A stretch of DNA of 64,000 nucleotides, from assembly GCA_963716985.1 (NCBI GenBank), contig OY970323.1, positions 1,760,001 through 1,824,000 on the forward strand, read 5' to 3'. The first letter of the stretch is position 1. The number at the start of each line of letters is the position of its first letter. This document shows positions 20,618 through 30,606 of the stretch, in pieces. The DNA comes from an uncultured bacterium (GTDB lineage Bacteria; Chlamydiota; Chlamydiia; Chlamydiales; SM23-39). Below the pieces are notes generated by a model. The model was not told where the DNA came from. It did not search any database and worked only from the letters and a program-made list of their open reading frames with translations. The position numbers and the translations under genes were made by a program.

Positions 20618-21065
20618 GAATGACGCCCTTGATCATCTGAGGATAAGAAAGCAAACGGGGAATAAACTGATAGTCCTTCTTTTTTTCGTCATACCAAAAG
20701 GTCTTGATTTCCTCTCGATTTGCAACCGCTAGAAAATACGCCCCAACATAATAATTATATCCCATGATCTGTTCAATAGCTTCTTGGAGAGAGGCCTCTG
20801 CTTTGCACTCGACCATCAACAAGGGGTACAAAGGATATTGTGGATGAATCCCTCGGCCAAAACAGAGAAGATCGACCCTTCTTTTGGCCAGAGGCAAAGC
20901 TCTTTTCGTTAAATGGGGCAGCTGTTCCAGCTCTTTTTCGACCACCATCAAGCTCTTGGGGAACCGAAGAGCAGAGACCATCTTGCAGATCAACTCCTGC
21001 CGCACCTGTTCCTCAGGAGTTTTTTCCACCCAACTCTTACGAATAGGATCGTAAAGCCTTTCCAA
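20601..21065 (-). CDS. stand-alone HsdR N-terminal-domain (PD-(D/E)xK-like) protein
   Basis: DPIRKSWV.TPEEQVRQ, RRVD, MVECKA, EQIMGYN. Confidence 0.85.
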   Translation of the reverse strand: MERLYDPIRKSWVEKTPEEQVRQELICKMVSALRFPKSLMVVEKELEQLPHLTKRALPLAKRRVDLLCFGRGIHPQYPLYPLLMVECKAEASLQEAIEQIMGYNYYVGAYFLAVANREEIKTFWYDEKKKDYQFIPRLLSYPQMIKGVIHAKTQ

Positions 21066-21073
21066 AATTCTCT

Positions 21074-21697
21074 CTATTCCAGCTGAATCACGCCGAAATT
21101 TTCATCTTCTCGACGATAGATCACTTTGAGTTTTTGATCTTCTTCCCCTCGATAGACAAAAAAATGATCCCCGGAGAGTTCGATCTTCATCACAGCTTCA
21201 TCTTGCGTCAAGGTTTTCAAAGGCATCGTTTCTGCATTCACTACCCTGTGAAATCGATACTGCGCGACCTCTTCTTGGAGCGTCTCTTTTTCGATCTCAT
21301 CATTCACTTCTGCGGCATCCATAGGCTCCGGACTCAGGACGTGGACGCGCATGTCGATTTCAGGCAGATGCTTGCCTTTGTGTTCTTGTAATCTCCCCTT
21401 ATATTTTTGGATCAATTTTTTGAGCTTATCAACGGCCTTGTCGATAGCAGAATACATATCTTCCGTTGCGGCCAGCACCTTAATCTTGAAATGCAAAAAC
21501 TTGATCAAAATAGAAACGGTATGGGTAAGTTTTTGTATATCCAAAGTCACTAAGACCTCCAGAATATGGGGAGCAAAACGTTCGACTTTTGAAAGCCTTT
21601 CCATGATATAAGATCGAATCGTTTCCGTTACAGGAACATTCTTTCCGGTGATATTAATCGTATATCCTTCGTCTTGAAATTTTGTTTTTGGGGTCAT
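21074..21697 (-). CDS. hpf: ribosome hibernation promoting factor, long form
   Basis: ITGKNVPVT, DMYSAIDKAVDKL, C-terminal EAVMKIEL...FFVY...VIYRREDENFGVI. Confidence 0.9.
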   Translation of the reverse strand: MTPKTKFQDEGYTINITGKNVPVTETIRSYIMERLSKVERFAPHILEVLVTLDIQKLTHTVSILIKFLHFKIKVLAATEDMYSAIDKAVDKLKKLIQKYKGRLQEHKGKHLPEIDMRVHVLSPEPMDAAEVNDEIEKETLQEEVAQYRFHRVVNAETMPLKTLTQDEAVMKIELSGDHFFVYRGEEDQKLKVIYRREDENFGVIQLE

Positions 21698-22028
21698 AAG
21701 CCTCTCCTTTCGAAGAAATTAAATGTGCTAGGAAACAAAGGATAAGTTATCTGGTTTTCGTCTCTATGACAAGAAAAAAATCGGACTACAGGGCAAAATA
21801 GAACTGCCATAGCCAGAAACAAGCGTAGGGTTCCCTTCAATCTTTGCATTTAGAGGCCCCCAGAATCAGCGATCGTATTCTAGATAGGGAGCATGTTGAG
21901 CCTGTTCTAAAGAAGATTTGAGGCATCCTGATCGATACCAGGGTTTTGGGTCTTTAGAATCAATATTTCTAAGAAGTCATTTGATTTTTTATCCCAGATA
22001 ATCTAAAATTAAGGAAATTGGATACTGT

Positions 22029-22265
22029 ATGGTTTTTAAGCCATTAGACGAAAATACGTATCTCAAATATCTAAAGTTGATAGGTTGGACGTTGGCTAAA
22101 GGAAGCATTGACCACAACCTATATGACGAAAATGGCGTGTTTGTGTGCTCAATCAAGATTGCCCATGGAAAAGGAAAGAAAAGAGAAGTGATAGCTTTCA
22201 GTGTTCATAAGACTGAGCAAAAACTTAAAGAAAGAGGGATGCAATGGCCTCCAAAAAAGAAATAG
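22029..22265 (+). CDS. HicA-like toxin
   Basis: 78 aa, LKLIGW..KGSIDH...IAH; overlaps the downstream antitoxin-like gene. Confidence 0.6.
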   Translation: MVFKPLDENTYLKYLKLIGWTLAKGSIDHNLYDENGVFVCSIKIAHGKGKKREVIAFSVHKTEQKLKERGMQWPPKKK

Positions 22266-22654
22266 AAAAAAATCTAAAGATAGCCCTGAAAGAGATCGGT
22301 GAGATCAAACCTCATTTTGATAAGAGGTTTAATGCTTGGATCTTTAGCCATCCGCTTTATCCAGATGTTGAGTATGCGGGGGATTCTTCAGAAGAAGTTA
22401 TCAAAAACTACCCTCTTTATTTGCGTGAATTCATAAAGCAACGACTTGATCAGAATATTTCAGAGAAAGCTGAAAAGAAAACCAAAGGAAGAGGCGGAAG
22501 AAGATCCGGATCAGGAAGGCCTAAAGGCTCCAAGAAAATTCCGAAGAAACGAGTCTATGTTCCTAAGGTAGTTGCTGCTGAAGTCGTTAAATTTTTTGAG
22601 GATCAAGATTCGATTTCTGCTTTTAGACAATTAGTAGCTAAAAGTCATCATTAA
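22244..22654 (+). CDS. HicB-like antitoxin with GRP/AT-hook-like basic motif
   Basis: YPDVEYAGDSSEEVIKN HicB-like motif; RGGRRSGSGRPKG. Confidence 0.6.
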   Translation: MASKKEIEKNLKIALKEIGEIKPHFDKRFNAWIFSHPLYPDVEYAGDSSEEVIKNYPLYLREFIKQRLDQNISEKAEKKTKGRGGRRSGSGRPKGSKKIPKKRVYVPKVVAAEVVKFFEDQDSISAFRQLVAKSHH

Positions 22655-22883
22655 GGCTTCATTCTTTTTTCTTTCTAGATTCTTCTCGGAGCTTTTCGAT
22701 CTGATCGAAGAGAGCTTTTGATTGTGGTCTCTTGCTCTGGAGCTCTATAGAAGGCTTGCTTCGCATCATCTCTGTCCCATCCAAGATCTCTGAACATATT
22801 TCTCATCAGATCCGAACAGCTCTTTCTCGTTTTCCCAAAATCCATAGAGAGGTCGAAAAAAAGCCATATTGCCAAATATCAGA

Positions 22884-23393
22884 TCACGCAAGACGCACGG
22901 ATGTAGAGACGGACGCGAAATCTTTCAGCACCTGCCTCAGATAGTCGAGCAAATCTTCTTCTTTCAGGCAGATCTTATCCAAAGCTTGAGAAATCATTGG
23001 ATTTAACATGGAGCTAGCAAAAGCCGTTCTGTGATCCGTTTTCAATCCCACTAACACCTTTTTTTGCTGCGTTAAAAATCGCTGCCCATAGGCGATGCCT
23101 AGCTCAACACATGCGCCTTCATCAGGCACTCTCCCATCAAGAACAAACAAAAAGATTTCTGCTGCCAAGATTTGGTCTAGATCCATAGTAAACATCGCAC
23201 GCCTGCGATCATCTTTTGACATTTCTTTGTAGGGCATCTTAGAGCTTTCAATGCCATCTCTTTGCGGCAAAAATACGCTACAACCTAGCTCTTCCAATTG
23301 TATGCAAAGTCGTTCATTGAACTGGCGTTCAGCCTGATTAAAAAGAGGACCTGCAAAATATAAACGCAACTGACTTTTTGAAATCACATTCAT
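22884..23393 (-). CDS. nucleoside 2-deoxyribosyltransferase family protein
   Basis: LYFAGPLF, FLPQRD, PDEGACVELGIAY. Confidence 0.88.
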   Translation of the reverse strand: MNVISKSQLRLYFAGPLFNQAERQFNERLCIQLEELGCSVFLPQRDGIESSKMPYKEMSKDDRRRAMFTMDLDQILAAEIFLFVLDGRVPDEGACVELGIAYGQRFLTQQKKVLVGLKTDHRTAFASSMLNPMISQALDKICLKEEDLLDYLRQVLKDFASVSTSVRLA

Positions 23394-23426
23394 ACGCTTC
23401 TATCCCGCTTTACCGATGAATACCGC

Positions 23427-24329
23427 TTATTCAGGGAAGCACTCATTGAGAATTTTTGCAAGACGGTATCCTGCCAAGGCTAATCGCCGACAGGCCACTT
23501 TTCGAGATTTTTGAATATACTCTTCTGAAGGCACCGTATTGATTTCTATACCAAGATATGCTTCTTTTCCAGCGAGGTGGCTTTCTTCAACCCACTTTTC
23601 GGGGGAGATGTTCTCTTTTTCGCTAAGGCTATTTGCCGGATATTCAGCTGTTATTCTATCAGCTAAATCTTCTATAAAATGCAGGGCATTGGCATCTAAG
23701 GGTCGGACATTTTGTGAAGTTGCACCTAGTAAAACGATGGAGTCCCATAAGCCATGCAAATGTTGAGCAGGTCCTTTAAGTTGAAATTTTACGCCACCTT
23801 TGTCGCCTTGAGGAAACTGTTTAGAGTAGACCTGCACACAATGCATGGGGCAGTGGATATCTCCTACAACATGAAGAAGAACCCGTAGCATAAAGGCTTT
23901 TTCCCATTTCCCAGCTTTAGGGTTGGTCAATGTTTCTATGCTTTTTTTAATGGCCGCCACACCATCGTTGCCGTTATATTTTAAAAACATCTTAGTAATC
24001 TCTCGATCAGAGCAAAAACCATCAGGGCAATACGGTCCAGCATGGCCATGCCAGGTACTCACCATAAGAACGCCTCTATTCCGTATGTCATCCAACCAGC
24101 AAGCCGCCTCAACAAAAGTAGCGCTATCAGGACAAGAATTTCCAATCACGTTGATCAGCTGAGTCACTTCCTGTTTGGCGTGAGGATTCAGCCTGTCCTC
24201 AGCTATCTTAGCTACAACCATGTGGCCAGAATCCCACCAGGAAAACACGGGTGATTGAAAGAATAATAAAAAAGCAAAAAGAAGGAGGGTTCTTATTTTA
24301 TTGAAGATCATATAATTCTGAAGAATCAT
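23427..24329 (-). CDS. secreted S1/P1 nuclease
   Basis: Signal peptide followed by WWDSGHM, WLDDIR, HVVGDIHCPMH, LHGLWD. Confidence 0.92.
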   Translation of the reverse strand: MILQNYMIFNKIRTLLLFAFLLFFQSPVFSWWDSGHMVVAKIAEDRLNPHAKQEVTQLINVIGNSCPDSATFVEAACWLDDIRNRGVLMVSTWHGHAGPYCPDGFCSDREITKMFLKYNGNDGVAAIKKSIETLTNPKAGKWEKAFMLRVLLHVVGDIHCPMHCVQVYSKQFPQGDKGGVKFQLKGPAQHLHGLWDSIVLLGATSQNVRPLDANALHFIEDLADRITAEYPANSLSEKENISPEKWVEESHLAGKEAYLGIEINTVPSEEYIQKSRKVACRRLALAGYRLAKILNECFPE

Positions 24330-24447
24330 CTTATTTTTAGGAACGTTATTTTATCATCTGAGGGAATTGCTGGCTATCTAGCTTTTTTGTGGCGGCTCAG
24401 GAATTAGTATAAACGATTCCATTTTTATTCCAAAAATTCCTTACCTG

Positions 24448-25164
24448 TTAGAAAGCAAGAATTGTTCCGGTGCCTATTTTGAAAAAATTCGAGCGATAAG
24501 CTTCTTGCAACTGGCGGACAAGAAGGTCTCCCGAGCAATGACAAGGAGCTACTTTTTGCACGCGAAGCGCTTGCAATTCCTTTACCACAAGTGCGCTATG
24601 TTCTGCCGAAGAAGAAAACAGATGAAATCCTCCCAATACGAAGGAGATATCCGTCTGCAGGTGCCGCTTTGCTGCTTTCAAAATTTCTACAATTCCCGGA
24701 TGGGCGCAACCGGTGATGACGCCAACTCCTTTTGAAGTTTTTAAGATGAGCGCTTGCTCATAGAGGAAAAACCCTCCTCGCAATACCAAAGAATAGATAT
24801 TGGGAGCAATGGTTTCAAAAGATCGTACGACAATCGTTTTTTTTAAGCGAGAAGAGGCATTTTTCAGCAGCAATCGCGGGAATGTCTTTGGTACATAGAG
24901 CGCGGTTTCCTTCCTGACTTTTCCTACAATCTCCTGAAAACCCGCAATGTGATCCGCATGTCGATGAGAAAAAAGGAGGTGGGTAACTTCATGGAAGGGA
25001 ATCCGGAGGATTTGGGCATTTGAAGAAAAAACCGAGGCATCTTCTCCTGCATCAAAAAGAATTTTGGCCCCTTCATGCTCGACAAGGGCAGAAAATCCCC
25101 ATCCTTCCTGCAGACGAGAATCATCACAACGATTGTCGTAGAGAATGGTGATTTTGACTGCCAT
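24448..25164 (-). CDS. MBL-fold metallo-hydrolase
   Basis: SHRHADHIAG, TGCAHPG, GGFHL, PCHCSG. Confidence 0.88.
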   Translation of the reverse strand: MAVKITILYDNRCDDSRLQEGWGFSALVEHEGAKILFDAGEDASVFSSNAQILRIPFHEVTHLLFSHRHADHIAGFQEIVGKVRKETALYVPKTFPRLLLKNASSRLKKTIVVRSFETIAPNIYSLVLRGGFFLYEQALILKTSKGVGVITGCAHPGIVEILKAAKRHLQTDISFVLGGFHLFSSSAEHSALVVKELQALRVQKVAPCHCSGDLLVRQLQEAYRSNFFKIGTGTILAF

Positions 25165-25322
25165 AATAGTTCCTCAAAATCGGACTTGGATAATAGATTC
25201 TATCCGGAATCGAGATCAAGTTTTTTTCGCAAATTTCACCCGCTTGTCATAGGAAAAATCGGTTATTTAAAAAATTTCAAAGCTTTCGAGGCGCTGTTTT
25301 TTTACAAACCACCTTCTCACTC

Positions 25323-26810
25323 TTAAGCGCTACGGTCGCATGGGCGGGAAAGAAGCTCTTTTTCTCTTATACCAGCAGCTCCTTTCTGCAGATCCAGCGC
25401 TGTTGTAAAAAGAGCGCTTAGGACAAAGAAAGGAATCATGCCCCCTTGCAAAAAAAGAGGATAGAAGTCAAAAAGAGCAATGGCCAAAAAGCCCGCAAAA
25501 GAGGCAAGAAGCAAAGAGGCCTCGAGAGAAAGAGATTCTTTTTTGATCCTCAAAAACTGGGAAAAGAGAAAGCCGAAAAAGCAAAACAGGGCGACAAGAC
25601 CCATCTCCGCTGCGATCAGCAAGTAGCAATTATGGGCCATATGCGCCAATTTCCCTCCTGAAATCGCATTGGACGCCTTCATAAAATTCTCTAGTCCAAC
25701 ACCGAAAAAGGGATGGTTTTTGATCAATACTAAAGCAGCGTCTTGAGCGGCCCATCGAGTCGCATCGCTACTTTTTGCAAGTTCATTGTATTGAAATACT
25801 CCTCCTCGATGAAAAAACTGTTCCCCAAAAAAAACAAAAGAAACCAAAAGCGAGAGCAGAATCACGCCGATCAGTCCAACCCACGCTCTTTGAAGAGGGA
25901 CGCTTTTTTCTTTTTCTTGCCGGAAAAAAAGAAGAAGAAAAAAAAGTGCGCTTGCACCGATCCAAGAAAAAAGCGCCGCTCGAGAAAAAGTCACGCTCAA
26001 TGCAAGCACTTGTAGAAAAATGCCGCAGGCAACACTTCTTTGCACCCATCTCCTTTTTGCATGAAAAAAAAGCAGATAAGAGGCCAAAAGAGCGAAGACA
26101 AAATATCCTCCTAAGATATTGGGATGGTTGAACGTGCCGTAAGAGCGCAAGATCACCTCAGGTGCTCTTTTCCATCCGAGCACCCGATCGCCCAGCCACC
26201 GAAATCCGGAAGGGACATGCATACTGCATGGATTCGTCATTTCAGAAACGGGGATCCATCGAAAATGAAGCAGGTCCAGAGAACTTTGAATATAATAGCA
26301 ATAAAGAGCCACGATCGACTCGATCACGGCAATACTTGCAACAAGGTAGAAAATCCGGTGTAAAAATTTTTCCCCACCCTCGCGCAGGAGAAAAACCAGA
26401 GAAGAGAAAAGCAGTATTTTCGTAAAAAAGATAAGCAGTCGGAAGCTCTCTCTATGGTCGAATGGAAATTCACTTAAAATTAAAGAAACAACGCCCATCG
26501 CATAAAACAAGAGAAGCCATCGAGACGGACAGGTCCAAAAAGAGGAGATCCATTCTTTTTTCGAGCGGAAAAAAAAGAGAAAAAAAATGAAAAGGATGAT
26601 CAGGTCGGATAAATAAAAGCTCAATTTCAAATGAACAAAGGGCTCAAGCGCGTGGATGTGCCACTTGAAATGAGAGGGTTCTAAAGGAAAAACAAGCAAG
26701 AGGAGAAAGAAAAGCCCTCTTTGCATTTTTGCAATCGTCGAATCGATCATCCTATTGACGGCGCGGAGGAAGGAAGCACCGCTCCTTTTGTTGGTTTTAA
26801 GTTGTGCCAT
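25323..26810 (-). CDS. O-antigen ligase family membrane protein
   Basis: RSYGTFNHPN, TFSRAA, HPFFGVG, AHNCYL..AAEMG; many TM segments. Confidence 0.87.
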   Translation of the reverse strand: MAQLKTNKRSGASFLRAVNRMIDSTIAKMQRGLFFLLLLVFPLEPSHFKWHIHALEPFVHLKLSFYLSDLIILFIFFLFFFRSKKEWISSFWTCPSRWLLLFYAMGVVSLILSEFPFDHRESFRLLIFFTKILLFSSLVFLLREGGEKFLHRIFYLVASIAVIESIVALYCYYIQSSLDLLHFRWIPVSEMTNPCSMHVPSGFRWLGDRVLGWKRAPEVILRSYGTFNHPNILGGYFVFALLASYLLFFHAKRRWVQRSVACGIFLQVLALSVTFSRAALFSWIGASALFFLLLFFRQEKEKSVPLQRAWVGLIGVILLSLLVSFVFFGEQFFHRGGVFQYNELAKSSDATRWAAQDAALVLIKNHPFFGVGLENFMKASNAISGGKLAHMAHNCYLLIAAEMGLVALFCFFGFLFSQFLRIKKESLSLEASLLLASFAGFLAIALFDFYPLFLQGGMIPFFVLSALFTTALDLQKGAAGIREKELLSRPCDRSA

Positions 26811-27008
26811 CTGCTAGCTGCACATTTTGGCAGCATCGATAATTAATGCCATCCATTTTTTCAAAGAGGGTTGGCCGACGATTTGGCTCTTCCTTAAGAT
26901 CCCTTTTTCAAAAATACAATGCGGAAAGTCTCTTATTCATTTTTTTTATGTTCATATGATGACAAAAAATTTAAAAAAAAATATACGTAGGTAAAGAAAC
27001 ACACAAAG

Positions 27009-29297
27009 TTGTTTATGCCCCAAAAGTTCCTAGGAATCCTTATTTTTTTTCTCCTTATCACGCGTCCATTCCCACTCAATGCGGATACAATCTGGACAGG
27101 AACAACATCATGTGACCTATATGATCCCACGAACTGGTCTCTAGGTCGTCCAAGCCCAGTGATCAGCGCCGATTTTGGCGCTTCCGGTTGTTTGAATCCC
27201 ATTACAAATGTGGCTTCTCGCGACATAAGCGCTTTTTCTTTGGTTTTTACAGGAAACAACAATTATACGTTCACCATTTCTAACGGTGCCAATCTAGATG
27301 TGTATGGTGAAGGTATTAGCCTTCCTCCCTCTCCTCCCAATATAATATTCAATGTGATTAGCTTGTCGAGTACGCTGAACTTTCACAATTGTTTTTTGGA
27401 TGCCGTCGTCATTAATGTCAATGGCGCCGGAACTCTTCAGGGAACGATGGACGGAAGTAATGCCGCAGTCAGTCTGGGGGTACCGACCCAGGGTAACATC
27501 ATACTTGATGGGAATTCATCCCTTGGCTTCTTATCGAGCAGTTCTGCCAATGACGCAATACAGCTACAGGGCCACGAGCTCAGCGTAGGAAACCTGGGGT
27601 TATCTTCAACAATTGTCGGACGAATTGTTGACAGCCTCGGATTTTCTGGAAGCCAATTGACCAAAACTGGCCTTGGAACCTTGGTTCTTTCCGGTTCGAA
27701 TAGCTATTCAGGCCCGACAACCATCTCGAACGGAAGGCTCAACGTGAATGGCACGATTAACTCTCCGGCAGCAGGTGTTGTGGTAAATTCCGGAGCAACT
27801 CTTGGAGGAACGGGCACCATCACGGCAAATATTGTCACTATAAATGGGACTCTGAATCCCGGCAACTCTATAGGAACTCTAAATGTTGTAGGTCCTGTTA
27901 CTTTTAACTCCTCATCCAACTATTTGGTAGAGTTTGATGCTGCCCATTGCGATCTTTTGAACGTTACAGGAAGCGTTACGATTGATCCCGGCGCCTCTGT
28001 TACACTGCAAGCCGATCAAATGATTGCCAATAACACCGTTTACCCGATTATTACAGTAACAAGCCCCCCCATTTCGGGCACATTTACGTCGCTCAATAAC
28101 CCCTATCTTTTTCTAACAGCCCAGCTTTCTTACGCCTCTGTCAACCAGGTACTTTTATTGTTAAGCAGAAACACCTTTGCATCTGTTCTTCCTAGTAATG
28201 CTCCATCGAATGCGATCGCTACAGGAGGTGCCTTAGATCAGGTAAATCCTTTAGGCGGCAGCGATCTTGACAATATCGTAGGTGATTTGATGCTGACGAC
28301 AAGTTTAGATGTGATCATCCACGATCTTTTGCAGATGCAGCCCTCCCAAATCAAAGCCCTTGGAGTTTCCGAGACCAATACCACAGTGCAACTACATTCT
28401 ATCATTGCCGAACATGCCGGCAGTTATATCAAGACTGCTTGCACTATAGAGAGTAGAAAAAAGTGGAGTGCCTGGGGCGATCTTTTTGGAGTCTTCTCTC
28501 ACCAATCCATGCTGCATGGCGAGCTTGGCTTCCATGACAAAACAGGCGGCGGTCTTATTGGTATCGACGCATCGCCCTGCAAAAACCTCTCAGTAGGAGG
28601 GGCTCTTTCCTATACATTTACCCATTTGGATTGGAACCACAACCCCTCCCATGCCACGGTCCAAAATGGTTATGGCATTTTCTATACAAGTTGGTACAGC
28701 AAACACTTTTTTGTCACATCTGCGGCCACTTGCGGCTACAACCACAACGATGTAGACCGCAACATTCTTTTGTTCACAAGCCCCATCAATACCACAGCGC
28801 ATAGCTCTTTTTCCGGCGTCGAGGGAAGCGGCTTTATGGAAATAGGCGCCATTGCAACTGATCAAAAAGCAGAGTTCAAACCCTTTGTATCTCTACATTA
28901 CTGCTATCTACACCACAACCATTTTAGAGAAAGGGGTGCCGACGGGCTCAATTTGAAAGTAGACGATGCCAATGCCAATCTATTGCGCAGTGAAGCAGGG
29001 CTCCAATTTTCTTCCTGCTACAAACGAAATGAGTATGAATGGATTCCACGCCTAACTGCTTCAGTAATTGAAGAGAATCGCTTCAAAGGAAAGCACTATC
29101 GAACTGAATTTGTGGAAAATCCCGGCGTCTTTTTCACTGTCAAAGGCCTACGGCCCCAGCACACGCTGTTTTCTCCAAAGGCAAGCATACAGCTCAAAAA
29201 GGGGGAAAATCTTTCTCTCTTTTTAGGATATGAGGGAGAGTTTGGCTCAAAATTTCATAACAACAGGGCCCATTTGTTTGTGAACCGCTCCTTTTAG
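27009..29297 (+). CDS. autotransporter with passenger-associated transport repeat
   Basis: Signal peptide, LTKTGLGTLVLSGSNSYSGPTTISNGRL, PGNSIGTL, C-terminal beta-barrel ending in F. Confidence 0.88.
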   Translation: MFMPQKFLGILIFFLLITRPFPLNADTIWTGTTSCDLYDPTNWSLGRPSPVISADFGASGCLNPITNVASRDISAFSLVFTGNNNYTFTISNGANLDVYGEGISLPPSPPNIIFNVISLSSTLNFHNCFLDAVVINVNGAGTLQGTMDGSNAAVSLGVPTQGNIILDGNSSLGFLSSSSANDAIQLQGHELSVGNLGLSSTIVGRIVDSLGFSGSQLTKTGLGTLVLSGSNSYSGPTTISNGRLNVNGTINSPAAGVVVNSGATLGGTGTITANIVTINGTLNPGNSIGTLNVVGPVTFNSSSNYLVEFDAAHCDLLNVTGSVTIDPGASVTLQADQMIANNTVYPIITVTSPPISGTFTSLNNPYLFLTAQLSYASVNQVLLLLSRNTFASVLPSNAPSNAIATGGALDQVNPLGGSDLDNIVGDLMLTTSLDVIIHDLLQMQPSQIKALGVSETNTTVQLHSIIAEHAGSYIKTACTIESRKKWSAWGDLFGVFSHQSMLHGELGFHDKTGGGLIGIDASPCKNLSVGGALSYTFTHLDWNHNPSHATVQNGYGIFYTSWYSKHFFVTSAATCGYNHNDVDRNILLFTSPINTTAHSSFSGVEGSGFMEIGAIATDQKAEFKPFVSLHYCYLHHNHFRERGADGLNLKVDDANANLLRSEAGLQFSSCYKRNEYEWIPRLTASVIEENRFKGKHYRTEFVENPGVFFTVKGLRPQHTLFSPKASIQLKKGENLSLFLGYEGEFGSKFHNNRAHLFVNRSF

Positions 29298-29543
29298 AAC
29301 CAGTTCTGATGTATGACTTTTGAGAAATGTTCGCATCAGATAAGGCAGGATGCAAACAGTATGGTTATTGGTGGTTGTCTTTTGAGCATCTGCGTCCTTG
29401 GCAAGCTAATTCACCTGCGGATTCCTGCATTTCGATGGAGTGAATTTGCGAAATTGGATCGAGGAAGGAATACGATATATAGGCAAAAATTAGGCATTTA
29501 ATTTTGAATGAAAACAAGATACCGCTCAATATTGGAGCCAAAA

Positions 29544-29969
29544 TCAAGCAAATGCATAATCAACCGAGAACTCTGGAAATAGTTTTTTTACTTTAGAGAT
29601 TGTCTCTATAGTGGCGTTGCCTTCTTTTTCTAATCTTTGATACTCATATACCCGATTGAACCCCATTTTTTTCGCGGCTTCTTGCTGTGTGAGATTGTCT
29701 TGAATTCTATGGTATCGCAGCATAAACGAAAAAGCGATTGTTGGACCTAGAGAAACTTCAACAACGTACTTTGAAGTCTTGATTTTTTTATTAGGAAAAG
29801 GTGCTAGTTCCTTGGAATCTTCCGGTTCTTGAATATAGAGATTGAGAGCCTCTTCCATATTTGCGATAAGATCTTCCATCGAATCGCCCTGTGTAAGGCA
29901 TCCCTTCAATTCAATGCATTGAGCAGAATATCCAGTTTTTTCCTTTTGGATTCTAAAATGGTACCTCAT
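29544..29969 (-). CDS. hicB: HicB antitoxin with C-terminal XRE-type HTH
   Basis: ELKGCLTQGDSMEDLIANMEEAL; LTQQEAAKKMG..YQRLE. ATG at 29969 overlaps the hicA stop. Confidence 0.88.
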   Translation of the reverse strand: MRYHFRIQKEKTGYSAQCIELKGCLTQGDSMEDLIANMEEALNLYIQEPEDSKELAPFPNKKIKTSKYVVEVSLGPTIAFSFMLRYHRIQDNLTQQEAAKKMGFNRVYEYQRLEKEGNATIETISKVKKLFPEFSVDYAFA

Positions 29970-30166
29970 GACTCCTCCTTTTTGTTCTGTGATAGCAGCT
30001 TTCTTAACGAATGTTCGGTACCTGGCTTGAGTTCTTTGTGGTTTGGAATAATTACTGTAGGGCATCCCTTTTTCTTTAATTTCCAATGGCTTCCTTTGCC
30101 GCCCGGTACAATCTCGTAGCCAGCGTCTATGAAAAGCTTCCGCATTTCCTTGCTGCTTATTGGCAC
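29966..30166 (-). CDS. hicA: HicA mRNA-interferase toxin
   Basis: GKGSHWKL, VIIPNHKELKPGT; GTG start at 30166 with GAGAGG RBS. Confidence 0.9.
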   Translation of the reverse strand: MPISSKEMRKLFIDAGYEIVPGGKGSHWKLKKKGCPTVIIPNHKELKPGTEHSLRKLLSQNKKEES

Positions 30167-30241
30167 AACCTCTCCTCTTAATGATTTGATCTTACCAATT
30201 ATAGTTGGTAAAGTCCAATTTTTTAACTTAACCGCTACATT

Positions 30242-30439
30242 CGCACAGGTTTTCAGCATCTTCTGCCTCAGACAAATCTCTATGGAAACAGTCGCTCAAT
30301 CAGCCAAAGCCTCTCGACCAACTGCATACAAGTGCATGAAAAAAGCTTTTTCTGCAAGCGTGGGAATAACCTTAAAAGAAAAAACATACCTCTGGTCGAA
30401 ACCAGCGACAATCACAGAAGAAGCAAAAGCTTGGACAAT
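30242..30439 (+). pseudogene. possible IS630-like transposase N-terminal fragment
   Basis: ASRPTAYKC...KPATITEEAKAW resembles the IS630 HTH region; abuts the tRNA 3' end. Confidence 0.45.
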
Positions 30440-30512
30440 CGCACCGAAAGGGACTCGAACCCCCAACCCCTTGGTCCGAAGCCAAGTGCTCTATCCATTG
30501 AGCTATCGGTGC
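30440..30512 (-). tRNA. tRNA-Arg(TCG)
   Basis: Full cloverleaf GCACCGA...TCGGTGC, anticodon loop CTTCGGA, GTTCGAG T-loop; CCA not encoded. Confidence 0.95.
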
Positions 30513-30606
30513 TAAAAAACATTATAAGATTATCAAACAGAGCGATTTTCCGCCACGAGAGTCCTTGTCGCCAACATGAATTCCATTGCTTTTTCCCATT
30601 TTCTAA

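Noticed and set aside
20601..21065. Type I restriction-modification system
   Set aside because: Only a stand-alone HsdR N-terminal domain is present; no hsdM, hsdS or helicase domains nearby.
21700..22028. Intergenic region checked for a structured RNA or att repeat of tRNA-Arg
   Set aside because: No convincing motif, tRNA 3' duplication or long hairpin was seen.
22675..22875. 66-aa ORF downstream of the NDT gene
   Set aside because: No recognisable motif; cannot be distinguished from a chance ORF or relic.
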